From: Octopus bimaculoides
Taxonomy: Eukaryota
Length of the DNA stretch: 64,000 bases
Reading direction: 5' to 3'
Assembly: GCF_001194135.2 (NCBI RefSeq)
Contig: NC_068990.1
Coordinates: forward strand, 56,807,875 to 56,871,874
Each line of letters starts with the position of its first letter. Positions within the stretch are counted from its first letter, which is position 1. Both the position numbers and the translations under genes were made by a program. Positions 25,794 through 38,996 of the stretch are shown here, piece by piece. Below the pieces are notes generated by a model, which searched no databases, was not told the DNA's origin, and was given only the letters and a program-made list of their open reading frames with translations.

Positions 25794-26357
25794 TTGGGGG
25801 AAATTTCGAACCTGGGTTCTCATTCCTAAGGTATTTTTCAATGTTATTATTATTATTATTATTGTTTGGGTCACTGCTTGGAATTGAACTCGGAATCTTG
25901 GGGTTAGTAGCCCGTGCTCTTAACCACTACGCCATATGCCCGTGGGCATATGGCATAGTGAACAATAATAATAATAATAATAACATCGAAAAATACCTTA
26001 CGAATGAGAACCCAGGTTTGAAATTTGCCCAAGACACCTAATGAAGGCTGGAGGGTATATCAGCCGAAATGTGTTAACAATGTACAAGATGAGTAAAAAT
26101 ATCCGTCGAATGTAAATGATGTACATAATTCCTCATCTCTTAAATATAGAACTGGGCTTCTTTCAGTTTTCATCTACCAAATCCACTCACAAGGTTTTGG
26201 CCAGCCTGAGGCTATAGCAGAAAATACTTACCCAAGGAGCCATGCAATGGGACTGAACCTGGAACCATATGGCTGGGAAGCAAGCTTCTTACCACACAGC
26301 CACGCCTGTGCCTGTGTACTTCTTCAGGTTTTGTTTTCTTTTATAACCCATGATTAA

Positions 26358-26569
26358 CCTTTCAGCATTCAGATTACTCTGTCAAATGTAATGCTTATTT
26401 ATTCATATTGTCTTGAATTAATGATGCATTATCTTATAGTTTCAATGATGTCATTGTTTAATTTTTGAATAACAGTGTAGGTTAGGTGTGAGAGGCCATA
26501 TCTGGCTGATTTGAACATAAAACAGGTAGAATATTTGGGCCAGATATGGTCAGTTTAAATGTTGAAAGA
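26358..26569. mobile_element. piggyBac-type MITE
   Basis: TTAA flanks (26354-26357, 26570-26573), CCTTTCAGCATT...AATGTTGAAAGA ends; homologous to the 12188 and 49092 copies. Confidence 0.7.
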
Positions 26570-26659
26570 TTAAAGACATTCCAGACTTAAACGTTTGATT
26601 TCTTAACCTAAGCACATTTCACCTAGGACCATATTTTTGAACTTGTACTTCTTTTCTGG

Positions 26660-26895
26660 CTGTTGCCAGTGAGAGTGGCCATTGCCAATACCGCCTGACT
26701 GGCCTTCGTGCTGGTGGCACGTAAAAGCACCCACTACACTCTCAGAGTGGTTGGCATTAGGAAGGGCATTCAGCTGTAGAAACTCAGTCAAATCAGATTG
26801 GAGCCTGGTGTAGCCATCTGGTTCACCAGTCCTCAGTCAAATCGTCCAACCCATGTTAGCATGGAAAGCGGACGTTAAATGATGATGATGATGAT
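26660..26895 (+). mobile_element. RTE-type 3' tail repeat (SINE or LINE 3' end) ending in (GAT)n
   Basis: ...CCAACCCATGTTAGCATGGAAAGCGGACGTTAAATGATGATG; related copies at ~7040-7090, 13100-13270, 41330-41520, 55420-55520 and 55565-55880. Confidence 0.7.
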
Positions 26896-28038
26896 ACAAT
26901 GTGATTTGAGGGGAATTTTCCTTGACTGCTATTTCTAGTAGGCATAATGATTACACAGAAGCTCCCTCATTGACGAAAATATGCAAGTTTTTATGGCAAA
27001 ACAATTACCACAGCCGAAGAAGCAATTCTAAGAGATAAGTTCCTATTTATAACATGTTACAATAAAATTTCAGGAAATATGACTGCTATTTTAAGGTGAA
27101 TGTAACTTCTAATATACTTCAGCAATGTACACAACACTTATGAAGTTACAAGTGCAATTTCTTAATGTAAAGTAAACTCTTAAACATAAAATGAATTGAA
27201 ATCTACAAATCTTTTTATATTTTGCATATAGTTCTGATAGTTTTCACTCACTTATGTTATTTGATTTTCAAATGCTCTGTTTAGATTTGTAGGTGTGTGA
27301 TCTCAGCTGTGTATCTATATAAGCCCATTACTAGACTGCTAGTGGTGAGCACAAAACATGGCTTCATTTAATCATTTCTTTAAAATATCCAGTGTCCCTC
27401 AGATTAATTTTCCACAGGGCTGTTTCAACCTTTAATTATTTTAAAATCAATCGTATAAATATCAATAATATACAATAGGCCATTGTTAAGTCAAGTGACT
27501 CTACTTTGTCTCAATTCCAAAAGAATTAAATGGACATCAATTAATGAGAAGGTAATCAATAAAAATAATCAAAAATTGAAACAAGCTCTCTCATTAACCT
27601 TGTAAATGTTTCTCATTTTCAGTCCTTCTGATCTTAGAAGTACTTCTTGAGCTGTGGTCAGTGTCTTGATATACGAACTGTAAATTTTTGTCAATGAGAG
27701 AGCTCCTATGTAATCATTAGGCTTACTAGAAATAGCAGTCAAAGAAAATCTCTTTCAAACCACCTTGTACAATAATCTGCTCCTTGGTGAAACATGCTTT
27801 GGTAAAAAGATGGAATAGTCGTGGTCAGAGTGTCTTTAATCATAGGTTAGCTTAATTAGTGATAGTCTGAGGTTAGATATCCAAGATATGTGTTATGATA
27901 AAGAACACTGAAATCTGTTTGAGATTTTTAATAAGAAAATATTTTTATCGTAAATAAAAAAAAATGTTGTTACTACAAGTGACGAACACTGAGATAATTC
28001 AAAGCATATTGTTCTTGGACTAGGTAAAATAGTTAGTG

Positions 28039-28230
28039 TTATGATGTTGGCTGATCATAGTGTACCGCTGTTGTCATCCCTCCATTGTTTTGTGCTATGA
28101 CAGAGCTCTGGCCAGTTGCTGCATTTGCTACTGTCTGCTGACTGCCATCTTCTGTGTCCAGTTTGATGTCTGCTGTCCATGGTCTGTTGGTAGTAGCTAA
28201 AAATGCACTGAATACATAGTGGTGGTCTTG
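28039..28230 (-). CDS. Candidate terminal coding exon of an unidentified host gene
   Basis: Non-repetitive, GC-elevated island with an open frame QDHHYVFSAFLATTNRPWTADIKLDTEDGSQQTVANAATGQSSVIAQNNGGMTTAVHYDQPTS*. Possible acceptors: ctgttttctaag (exon start 28230, phase 0) or gtattcag (start 28207, phase 2). No family recognised. Confidence 0.45.
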   Translation of the reverse strand, partial: QDHHYVFSAFLATTNRPWTADIKLDTEDGSQQTVANAATGQSSVIAQNNGGMTTAVHYDQPTS

Positions 28231-28505
28231 CTTAGAAAACAGTTTGCCAAAGATGAAACTGTTGTTAGATCTGGTTCCACACAAAGTCTTGAATGATCAG
28301 ATTTTTTTAAAAACATTGGTAATATTTTAGCAAATTATGATCATATTGATGCAGGAGTGGCTGCGTGGTAAAAAGCGTGTTTCACAACCACATGGCTCTG
28401 GGTTCTGTACCACTGTGTGGTACCTTGAGCAAGGGTCTTCTACTATAGCCTCAGGCCAACCAAAGCCATGTGAATGGATTTGGCAGATGGAAACTGAAAG
28501 AAGCT

Positions 28506-28591
<86 letters not shown>

Positions 28592-31500
28592 ATATGTGTG
28601 TGTGTGTGTGTTTGTGTGTATTTGTATGTCTGTGTTTGTCCCTGCCACCTTCGCTTGACAACTGATGTTGGTGTGTTTATGTCCCCATAACTTAATGGCT
28701 CAGTAAAAGAGACTAATAGAATAAGTATGAGGCTTACTAAGAATAAGAGGTCAATTTGTTCAACTAAAGGTGGTGCTCCAACATGGCCACAATCAAATGA
28801 CTGAAACGAATAAAAGAGTAAAAGAGTATTCTTGAGTCTTTTTGTATTTTGCATCATGCTAATATTCCTGCTACACATCTATACTGCTTTTAGTTTTTGA
28901 TGTTTTTCTTATTACAATCCCCACGTTAATTTCTATTTTAGGTCATTCCTCTTAGTCTGTCTTTCAGAAACTTTCTTAAGTCAAACATCCAGAGAAGAAA
29001 TGAACAATAGAGGAAGGAATTAGAATTTTTTTCTCTCTTACATAAAAGAGTTCCTCACTTCCTTCAAAAATAAATGTAAACAAGGTTAGTATGATTTATG
29101 TGATATTGCATGTTTCAGGACTAGCTGATCAATGCAGTCCCAGGAAGTAAAGAGTAAATCAAATCTTGTGAGGTTAAATTGCTGAATTTCTAATGTATAT
29201 TCATAAATTTGTCACAATGTATGGGTTTTTTATTAAATTCCCTGTCAGCTTTTGCAGAAAAGATTTCTGTCCTGAAATATTCCAACTACTCCTATTCCAT
29301 TTTTTTGGATATCATAAATCTAGGACAACATTGTCTACTATAGTCTTAGCTATCTCATTATTTTTCTTAAGGTTTTTCTTAGATTTAAAAGAAGCTTGGT
29401 GGCTATTGTTAGCAATTTCAGTGACCGCATACAAACTGCTTTATTGACTTGACAATCATTATTATTTTGCTACTAGATAAGGTGTTTTAATAAAAGTTTG
29501 ATTTGTTTGTATGTTTGGTGCAGATATACATGATCAATATTTCAGAATTCAGTGATCAGGAATGAATAAAACATCCAACTGCAAAAACAATGACTCCAGA
29601 ATTTATTCTTTTATTCTTTTGTGCTTTTACTTGTTTCAATCATTTGACTGCAGCTATGCTGGTGCACCACCATAAAGGGTATTAGCCTAAGAAACCGACC
29701 CCAGGACTTATTCTTTGTAACCCCAGTACTTATTCTATCGGTCTCTTTTACTGAATCACTAGGTTATGGGAATGTAAACATACCAACATTGGTTGTTGAG
29801 CGATGGTTGGGGGACAAACACAAACAAAAAGACACACACACAAATATATATATATATACATACACATATAGAAACAGTGGGCTTCTTTCAGTTTCTATCT
29901 ACTAAATCCACACAAGGCTTTGGTTGGCTCAAGGCTACAGGAAAAGATACTTACCCAAGGTGCTATGCAGTGGGGCCGAACCAGGAACCATGTGGTTGGG
30001 AAGCAAGCTTCTTACCACGCCAGCATCTCTTTTTTATGGGGTGGGGTGGGGGTAGAAAAAAACTTATACAAAAATTTTTAATTAAATACAAATATCTAAA
30101 TATTTAACTGATTTGAGACAAAAGGCTGAATAGAAAATTGATATGAAATTGTAAAATGCATAGGCACAGGTGTGACTGTGTGGTAAGAAGCTTGCTTCCC
30201 AACCACATAGCTCCAGGTTCAATCCCACTGTGTGGCACCTTGGCAAGTGTCTTCTACTATAGCCTCGGGCTGACCAAAGCCTTGTGAGTGAATCTGGTAG
30301 ATAGAAACTGAAAGAAGCCTGTTGTGTGTGTGTGTGTGTGTGTCTATGTTTGTCCCCTCCCCTAACTGCCATTGCTTGACAACTGATGCTGCTGTGTTTA
30401 TATCCCTGTAAACTAGTGGTTTGGCAAAAGAGACCGATAGAATAAGTACTAGGCTTACAAGGAATAAGTCCTGGGGTCGATTTTTTTCAACTAACACCCT
30501 TTAAGGTGGTACTCCAGCATAGCTGCAGTCAAACAACTAAAACAAGTAAAAGAATAGGTAAATATTATAATCCCATTATACATAACTTATTTCACATTAC
30601 TTCTCATTATTCCTTCCTTCTTTCCTTCCCAACAATTTAATGCTTTTTCTCTCTAGAATGCTGTAGATTAGGCAGGAAGCAGGTTCGTCTAATGAATCAA
30701 ATCGCTGACACTGTTGTGATGCCTTGTTATAGCTATTTCACTTTATTTTCATTAAAATGCCCCATGGAACTGCATTATTATTGCAACTGCTGTTCTTTCC
30801 TCTGAAATTAACTGACATTGATCATCCAGTTATAATCATTGATTAGCATTAGGCCAACCTTGATTGAGCAAGTCCATGATCAAAGGTATTTGAGCCATGA
30901 CCGGTCATTGTCTTTTTACATCAGACATTACATTGTTCGCCATGAACTTCCATTTTCAAAAGAGAATACTGTGATTTGAGAGATATTTGGCTGCTATTTC
31001 TAGCAAATCAAGCATCCATGTAAGGCTTCCTCTCTCCCTCACACTTTTACATGTTGTAAGTCATGAAAGTTCAAGTAGTTGATTCTACTTATCACACTGA
31101 TACATGTGTTAAATATATATTTATCTTTATTAATGTGTTTTTGCTGATTATCTGCAATCATGCTCAGTTGAAACAGGCTTCTTGCAGAAATGATTGGATG
31201 GTTATATACAAATATAACATTCCATTCACAGTCTAATTTTGATCATTTATCAAAGTCTTACAGTCCAGGATTTCACCATGAGAACACTCTCTCTTACAAA
31301 ATATAATAAAATAATCTTATAATTTCAGTGTCATTTCTCAGATAATTATATTTTGTATGTTATGTCTTCAATCTTGGAAAATAAAATATTTGAAACAGTA
31401 TAGAACAGTGATTAGTTACCAGCAAGCTAACTCTCTGATTTAGTTTTCATTTCAAACTGTACCAAATTTTATTTCCTTTGTGTAGCTAATGCCCTTGAGA

Positions 31501-32609
31501 ATGACATAAATGTCATGCATTCCTATTTTCCATTCCATATAAATCTAAAAGTTTTAGTCCATGTAAGAAATAATTATTATAAAATGAATATTTCTCTCTT
31601 ATATTCTAATATTATGCTTAGAGCCTTTACTAGTCTAGTTGAAAATGTTCCCTGTTCTCATATAATGGTTGAGAAATTAGCATTGTTCTAAAATTTTATA
31701 GAGAAATATTCAAATATTCAAAGCCAATGCACTCATGTTAACAAGTGGTTATTAATTTTTTCTTCAGGACTGATAATTTTCTTTGCTAGTCACAAACAAA
31801 AATGACAATTGCTGAGAGTCTTATTAAGTCTCACAATTCTTCACTAAAAAGGCTTCAAGTAACAAGGTGTTCTTTAATTAAAATTGAAGATACTATATCC
31901 AGGTATATCAGCTAATGACCTTCTCTATTCTAGAATTCATGTTACTGCAGCTGCTGCTGCTGTAATGTTTATTTGCTAATGAAAATTCTATTTGAACAAG
32001 GCTTCTTGCATAAATAAAAAAAAATGTATATATATATATATATATTCAATAACTTAATTAATTGGCACTGGCATGGCTGTGTGATAATAAGTTTGCTTTC
32101 CAACCACATGGTTCTGGGTTCAGTCCTACTGCATGGCAACTTTGGTAAGTGTTTTCTTTTATAGCCCTAGGCTGACCAAAGTCTTATGAGTGGATTTGGT
32201 AGACAGAAACTGAAAGAAACCCATAGTATATATATGTGTGTGTATGTGTTTGTCCCCCACTACCGCTTGACAACTGGTGTTGGTGTGTTTACATCTTGGT
32301 AACTTTGGCAAAATAAATCAATGGAATAAGTACCAGGTTTTTTTAAAAAATGACAAGTAATGGAATTAATTCATTTGATTAAAAATGCTTAAAGGTGGTG
32401 CTCCAGCATGGCCAGTCTAATGATCAAGACAAGTAAAAGACAGATAAGAGATAGTTATGCCAAGGCATTAAGTTTTCAAAGATCAGACTCATTTAATTCT
32501 AAGTAAGTTGTTTTTTAGCCCCAAGTCAACTTTGATTGAGTAGCCCTATCATTATAAATATGCAGCTGAGACTTACTTCAACTTAGAAACTCCCATGTTG
32601 TGAGACACA

Positions 32610-32870
32610 CGAGGGAGTCAAAGAAAGCTAGTGACAATCGTTCTTCACTTCTCTCAATGCATCATTACATGTTCTGTCAATGTTGTATGGTTCCAATTCA
32701 TCTTTGAGTGTTTTCTCTGTCTCTTCCCATCAGTTTTACACAGAAGGGCTTGGTTGGTGAGTCTTTCCCGTGGAAGTCATATTACATGACCCAGCCAGCT
32801 TGGTCAGCGTTTGCCCACAAAGTTTGACAAGGATTGTTGGTTGGCTCATTGTCAGGACAAAAGCTGTAAT
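32610..32870 (-). mobile_element. Highly decayed RTE LINE 3' fragment
   Basis: Minus-strand reading ...WEETEKTLKDELEPYNID... in the position of the RTE GRP...W.D.LK.DL motif; many stops. Confidence 0.4.
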
Positions 32871-33443
32871 GAGCAGGTCTTATTTTTCAGACATAATATA
32901 CTCAAGCATATATTATATCTAAAGTATCCTTTCCCTTTTAAGATAGCAATATATTATTTAAGAAGAGATTTGATGGCTATTTCTAGTTATGACTGAACAA
33001 AGGCTTTTCCTCATTGTAACTGATTCTAAATATTGCTGTAGGCAACAGTAACACTTTTGGTTACACTGCTAAGATCCATATCACCCACTGAAAAAAATCT
33101 ACCTGTGTCAGAACTGCATCATATCTGAAGGTGATACTTTTGTTACTTAGATTCTGGTTATCCTTGATTGAACAAAGACCCATGACCAAAGTATTCCAAC
33201 AATGTCCTGCCCATCTTTTTCTCAAGTGCAGGGAAACCAGGACCATATTGTCCAGTATATCTTCTTGAAATGGTGAAGTGTGCATAAGGAGATTTGACTG
33301 GTATCTCTAGCAGTTTGAGCAATGATGAACTAATAAAGTAAAAGTTGGAAGAAATGTTGCTAAGTGTTTTGTCTAATACAATCTTTACTCTTTTACTTGT
33401 TTCAGCTCATCGCCTTAATAGTAGTAATGACAACAACAACAAC

Positions 33444-33485
<42 letters not shown>

Positions 33486-34327
33486 CCTTTCTATTGAAGG
33501 CACAGGCCTGAAATTTGTAGAAAAGGCACTAGTCAGTTACATCGACACCGGTGTTTCACTGGTACTTATTTCATTAACCCCCGAAAGGATGAAAGGCAAA
33601 GTTAACTTCAGCAGAATTTGAGCTCAGAATGTAAGGATGGACAAAATGCAACTAAGCATTTTGCCTCAGCATGCTAATGGTTCTGCCAGCTTGCCACATA
33701 AATAATGATAATAATAATAATAATAATAATAGGAATGATAAAAAAAGGTACTGAAACCTATTTGAAAATGATACCAGGCTTACCATCCCTACAGGAAGTG
33801 CAAAAAATCGTGTTAACTAGAACGACTTATTTAGTAGGAAGAGCATTATCGCTGTGAAAACAACATCCATTCGTGAATTTATCTATTTATTAATTTTTTA
33901 AAATACATATTTTACCTGTGAATTTGCGTGTGTGAACTGGGAATGAGTTTCTCTGCCCTAGGTGTACGGAAAACACTCGACAAGAAATGGAAGAAAATTT
34001 GAAGAAAGAAGAAGAAAAAAACATAATAATAATAACAATAAAAATAACAATCCTTTCTATTGGAAGCACAAGGCCTCAAACTTGGGGAAAGAGATTAAGT
34101 TGATTACATTGACCTCAGTGCATAACTGGTACTTATTTAATTGACCCTGAATGGATGAAAGGCAAAGTTGTCTCCGGTGAAATTTGAAATCAGAAGAACT
34201 TAGTGACAGACGAAATACCGCTAAGCATTTTCCCAGTGTGCTAATGATTCTGCCAGCTCACCACCTTAATAATAATAATAATGATAATAATAATAAAATA
34301 ATAATAATAATAATAAGAAGAAGAATA

Positions 34328-34363
<36 letters not shown>

Positions 34364-34369
34364 GTGAAA

Positions 34370-34600
34370 ATAGTGAAAATAGTGCCAATTATTGCTGGGT
34401 CCTTGGGAACAGTATCAGAAGGCATCAAGAGGAATACAAAGGAAATTGGGATAGAGTGCCCAGTAGAACTGTTACAAAAGGTTTGCCTCCTTGACACGGT
34501 CGAACAGTATGGTACTGTAGGCTGCAGGTAGTAAAGCCCGCTATGCATGCAAGACTCCAGGAGCTCCAACAAAACTTGTGATAAAGAGAAAATAATAATA
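34370..34600 (+). mobile_element. R4/Dong-like LINE 3' end embedded in (AAT)n
   Basis: VKIVPIIAGSLGTVSEGIKRNTKEIGIECPVELLQKVCLLDT followed by a short 3' UTR and an AAT/GAT tail; (AAT)n on both sides. Confidence 0.75.
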
Positions 34601-34925
34601 ATGATGATGATGATGATAATGATGATGATGATAGACTCTCCTGTCGAAGACAACATATGAGCATTCAACTTTTGTCAATAATAATAATGGTTTCTGATGG
34701 GGGCACAAGGCCAGGAATTTTGAGAGGGAGATGGTTCAGTCGATAAACCTGATCTCAGAATCTGATAAGTACTTTATTCTATGAACTCTGAAGAATGAAA
34801 GTGAAATTTTACTTGGGCAGGATTTGAACACAAAATATAAGGGCCATTACTAAGTATTAAGTACATAGGAATGAGTGTGTATATATATATATATATATAG
34901 ACAGTCATATATATATATGTATGTA

Positions 34926-34971
<46 letters not shown>

Positions 34972-35301
34972 CACACATATATTTATATATAAATATAAAT
35001 GTATGTATACTTATACATATATATGTGTATGTGTGTGTGTGTGTGTGTGTGCGTACATATATGTATATATTTACTTTTGAATTGACATAAGGTGATAAAA
35101 GAGTTTCATATGTAATGTATTAAAATTACATAATTACAAATATATGATTAAATATTGAAATTTCTAAGTTCAATTATTATTAGATGAGAAGAAAAGAAAC
35201 TTTACTAGTTGTTTTCCATATCTTACGCTTTGGTAAATCATTGCCTTTGCAAAAATTCAATTCATTACTGAATAAATATGTAAATATAGATATAAAGACA
35301 G

Positions 35302-35341
<40 letters not shown>

Positions 35342-36018
35342 CACATATGTTCTGGGTTCAGTCCCACTACATGGCACCTTGGGTATGTCTTCTATTATAG
35401 CCTCGGGCTGACCAAAACCTTCAGGGTGGATTTGGTAGATGGAAACTGAAAGAAGCTCATTGTATGTATATNNNNNNNNNNNNNNNNNNNNNNNNNNNNN
35501 NNNNNNNNNNNNNNNNNNNNNNNNNNNNNNNNNNNNNNNNNNNNNNNNNNNNNNNNNNNNNNNNNNNNNNNNNNNNNNNNNNNNNNNNNNNNNNNNNNNN
35601 NNNNNNNNNNNNNNNNNNNNNNNNNNNNNNNNNNNNNNNNNNNNNNNNNNNNNNNNNNNNNNNNNNNNNNNNNNNNNNNNNNNNNNNNNNNNNNNNNNNN
35701 NNNNNNNNNNNNNNNNNNNNNNNNNNNNNNNNNNNNNNNNNNNNNNNNNNNNNNNNNNNNNNNNNNNNNNNNNNNNNNNNNNNNNNNNNNNNNNNNNNNN
35801 NNNNNNNNNNNNNNNNNNNNNNNNNNNNNNNNNNNNNNNNNNNNNNNNNNNNNNNNNNNNNNNNNNNNNNNNNNNNNNNNNNNNNNNNNNNNNNNNNNNN
35901 NNNNNNNNNNNNNNNNNNNNNNNNNNNNNNNNNNNNNNNNNNNNNNNNNNNNNNNNNNNNNNNNNNNNNNNNNNNNNNNNNNNNNNNNNNNNNNNNNNNN
36001 NNNNNNNNNNNNNNNNNN

Positions 36019-36055
<37 letters not shown>

Positions 36056-38827
36056 AGAAAAGAAGAAGTTTATTCTTATGCAGGAAAGAATATAAGAGTA
36101 AGTTTTGGGGTTGAAAATGCATTTTTAAACTACAACACATTTTAAGATTCAGGTGCATTTTCAACAACCCCAACCAACTATCCTATCTACATGCATACTT
36201 AGGCATATACACCCACACACATACATACATATGTATATATGTGCACACACAGATATGTGTGTGTGAGTGTATAAACTTGGAAATAGTGATGTAGGTAAGC
36301 ATACTTGAGCTTCATATATTAAATATAGATGCATACATATATGTATGTGAATATATATATATATATATATAGGGATAAATAATTAATTCAATAATACGAT
36401 AAAATCTTTTACAAGAATTTTATCAAGAAGCTAAAGTGAAAAAATTCATTCGGTTAAAATGTATTTATTATGGATGTCTAGTGTGTGGCATTATTCTGTA
36501 GTAATGCCCTTATATAAATATAAATAAATAAATATATTACTCTTTCACTCTTTTACTCTTTTATTTGTTACAGTCATTTGACTGCGGCCATGCTGGAGCA
36601 CCGCCTTTAGTTGAGCAAATCGACCCCGGGACTTATTCTTTGTAAGCCTAGTACTTATTGTATTGGTCTGTTTTGCCGAACCGCTAAGTGACGGAGACAT
36701 AAACACACCAGCATCGGTTGTCAAACAATGCTAGGGGGGCAAACATACACACACACAAACACACATGCATATACATATATATATATATATACATATATAC
36801 AACGGGCTTCTTTCAGTTTCCGTCTACCAAATCCACTCACAAGGCTTTGGTCGGCCCGAGGTTATAGTAGAAGACACTTGCCCAAGGTGCCACGCAGTGG
36901 GACTGAACCCGGAACCATGTGGTTGATAAGCAAGCTGTTTTTTTTTTCTTTTTTTTCCTTATGAATTTTATGAAATGATGGATTTTTTTCCCTTATAGGG
37001 ATAAATATATAGAGGAAAACAAAAGCTGAAAATATACAGAAGAGAAATACTCTTCTATAAGCATACAAATACTTTTATATTACAAAGCTTCAGAGTGCTA
37101 GTTCAAATCATTTGAGCACTACTATGTGTATCCTATATTGAGTATCTCTGGATCTCACCTGTGGACTCAATATGCATAAATATGTATATGTACATATGAA
37201 TATATTTGTACATATACATACATTCATATGTAAACACACACACATATATATATAAACACATATATATATATATATTTATATACATATACATAGTATGTAG
37301 GTATATATGAAAATTTATATGAATAGGCAGATATATCGATATTCATATTTATATATGTATGTATATAATGCATCTGATATGTATTATATATATAATATAA
37401 ATACAGGTGTGATATATATACATATATGTTTAGTTATATATCTCTATCAATCTATCTATCTGTCAGTCTATCTATCTCTCTCTCCCGCTGTACATTAAAA
37501 TTTACAAGAAAACAAATATTCTACTTGAAGAAATCTCAAATATTTAATAGGATTCTTCTGTCTCTTCCCCTATGTAGCACCATGTATCAAGGTGTTAAGG
37601 TGCTACTACTAGCTTTTCTACCAAATCACATTAGTTAACATACAATAACAGTACTTGTAGAGGTAGTTGTGGCAAATATAGAAATAAATTAATAAATATA
37701 TTCAGCATAGGTAACTATAGATAGAGATATAGACTAAAGTCATGATATAAGTAATTTGAAATATTATGGAGAGAAAAAAAACTGAAAAAAGAATAAACTC
37801 CAGAGGTGTAAAAACTATCAAATAAATTGAATTAAAATTAACTCGAAGAGAAAATTATTTAGAAAGTAAGGGAATGAAAATACAATATGGCTGAAGCCAT
37901 GTGAGTGAGGTGTGATTAGAAGCATAAATTAAAGGCAGGGCTATTCACTACTAGATGACCAAATACTACCTGCTTGTTAACGATAATGGTGGCAGATATC
38001 TGTGTTACATAACACTGACTGCATCGATATACAACAGCTAACAGTTTGCCGTGACATCTCAGAGGTGGAGTCAAGGAAGTGAAAATAGTAATAGCAATAG
38101 TAACAACAACAATAGTAATAATAATAATAATAATAATGATGATGATGGTGATGATGATAATACTGTAACCCAGCATCACTTTGATTGTGTGTACTACTCT
38201 CTTAATAATAACTATAATAATAACAATAACAACAACAACAACAATAATAATAATGATAACAATTATTATTATTATAATAATGATAATAATGATGATGATG
38301 ATGATTTCATTTATTTACCACAAGGGTGAAGAATGAAGGAGACTAAACAGAGACTAGTAATAGCCCTTTCTACAATAGGTACAAGCCCTGAACTTTTTGG
38401 GGGATTTGAAATCAGAAAATAAAAATAATGATGATGATGATGATGATGACGACTATGACAACGACGAACAAGAACAACAACAATGATATGATGATGATGA
38501 TGATTGTGATGATGATGATGATGATGATGATGAAAATAGTAATGATAAGGATAATGATGAGGATGCAGAATTTCATTATTCTGACTGTAAATTCCTGGTG
38601 GTACCAAGTTCTATGAATATATCATAAAATGAGTTTAAGAATTGTACAGCATGCAGAATGATATATTACATAAGAGTTACAAGAGAAATTTAGTATCTGA
38701 ATAATTAGGCTCTTCACCAGCACCAACAGCACNNNNNNNNNNNNNNNNNNNNNNNNNNNNNNNNNNNNNNNNNNNNNNNNNNNNNNNNNNNNNNNNNNNN
38801 NNNNNNNNNNNNNNNNNNNNNNNNNNN

Positions 38828-38869
<42 letters not shown>

Positions 38870-38956
38870 TAGATAGATAGATAGATAGATAGACGTATGT
38901 ATGTGTGTATCTGTGTGGACATGCAAATGTATGCAAGTGTACATACAAGCATACAA

Positions 38957-38996
<40 letters not shown>

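Larger units (their letters stand above)
25521..26152. mobile_element. Palindromic head-to-head tRNA-SINE dimer with 12-bp TSD
   Basis: Central palindrome CCATATGCCCGTGGGCATATGG. The left arm on the minus strand has A-box TGGCGTAGTGG and B-box GAGTTCAATTCC. The two arms are reverse complements of each other. TGGGCTTCTTTC is duplicated at 25509-25520 and 26153-26164. Confidence 0.85.

Noticed and set aside
27599-27677. Minus-strand exon candidate SYIKTLTTAQEVLLRSEGLKMRNIYK
   Set aside because: Weak donor (GTTAAT), and it lies downstream of the stop of the better 28-kb exon; unsupported without transcripts.
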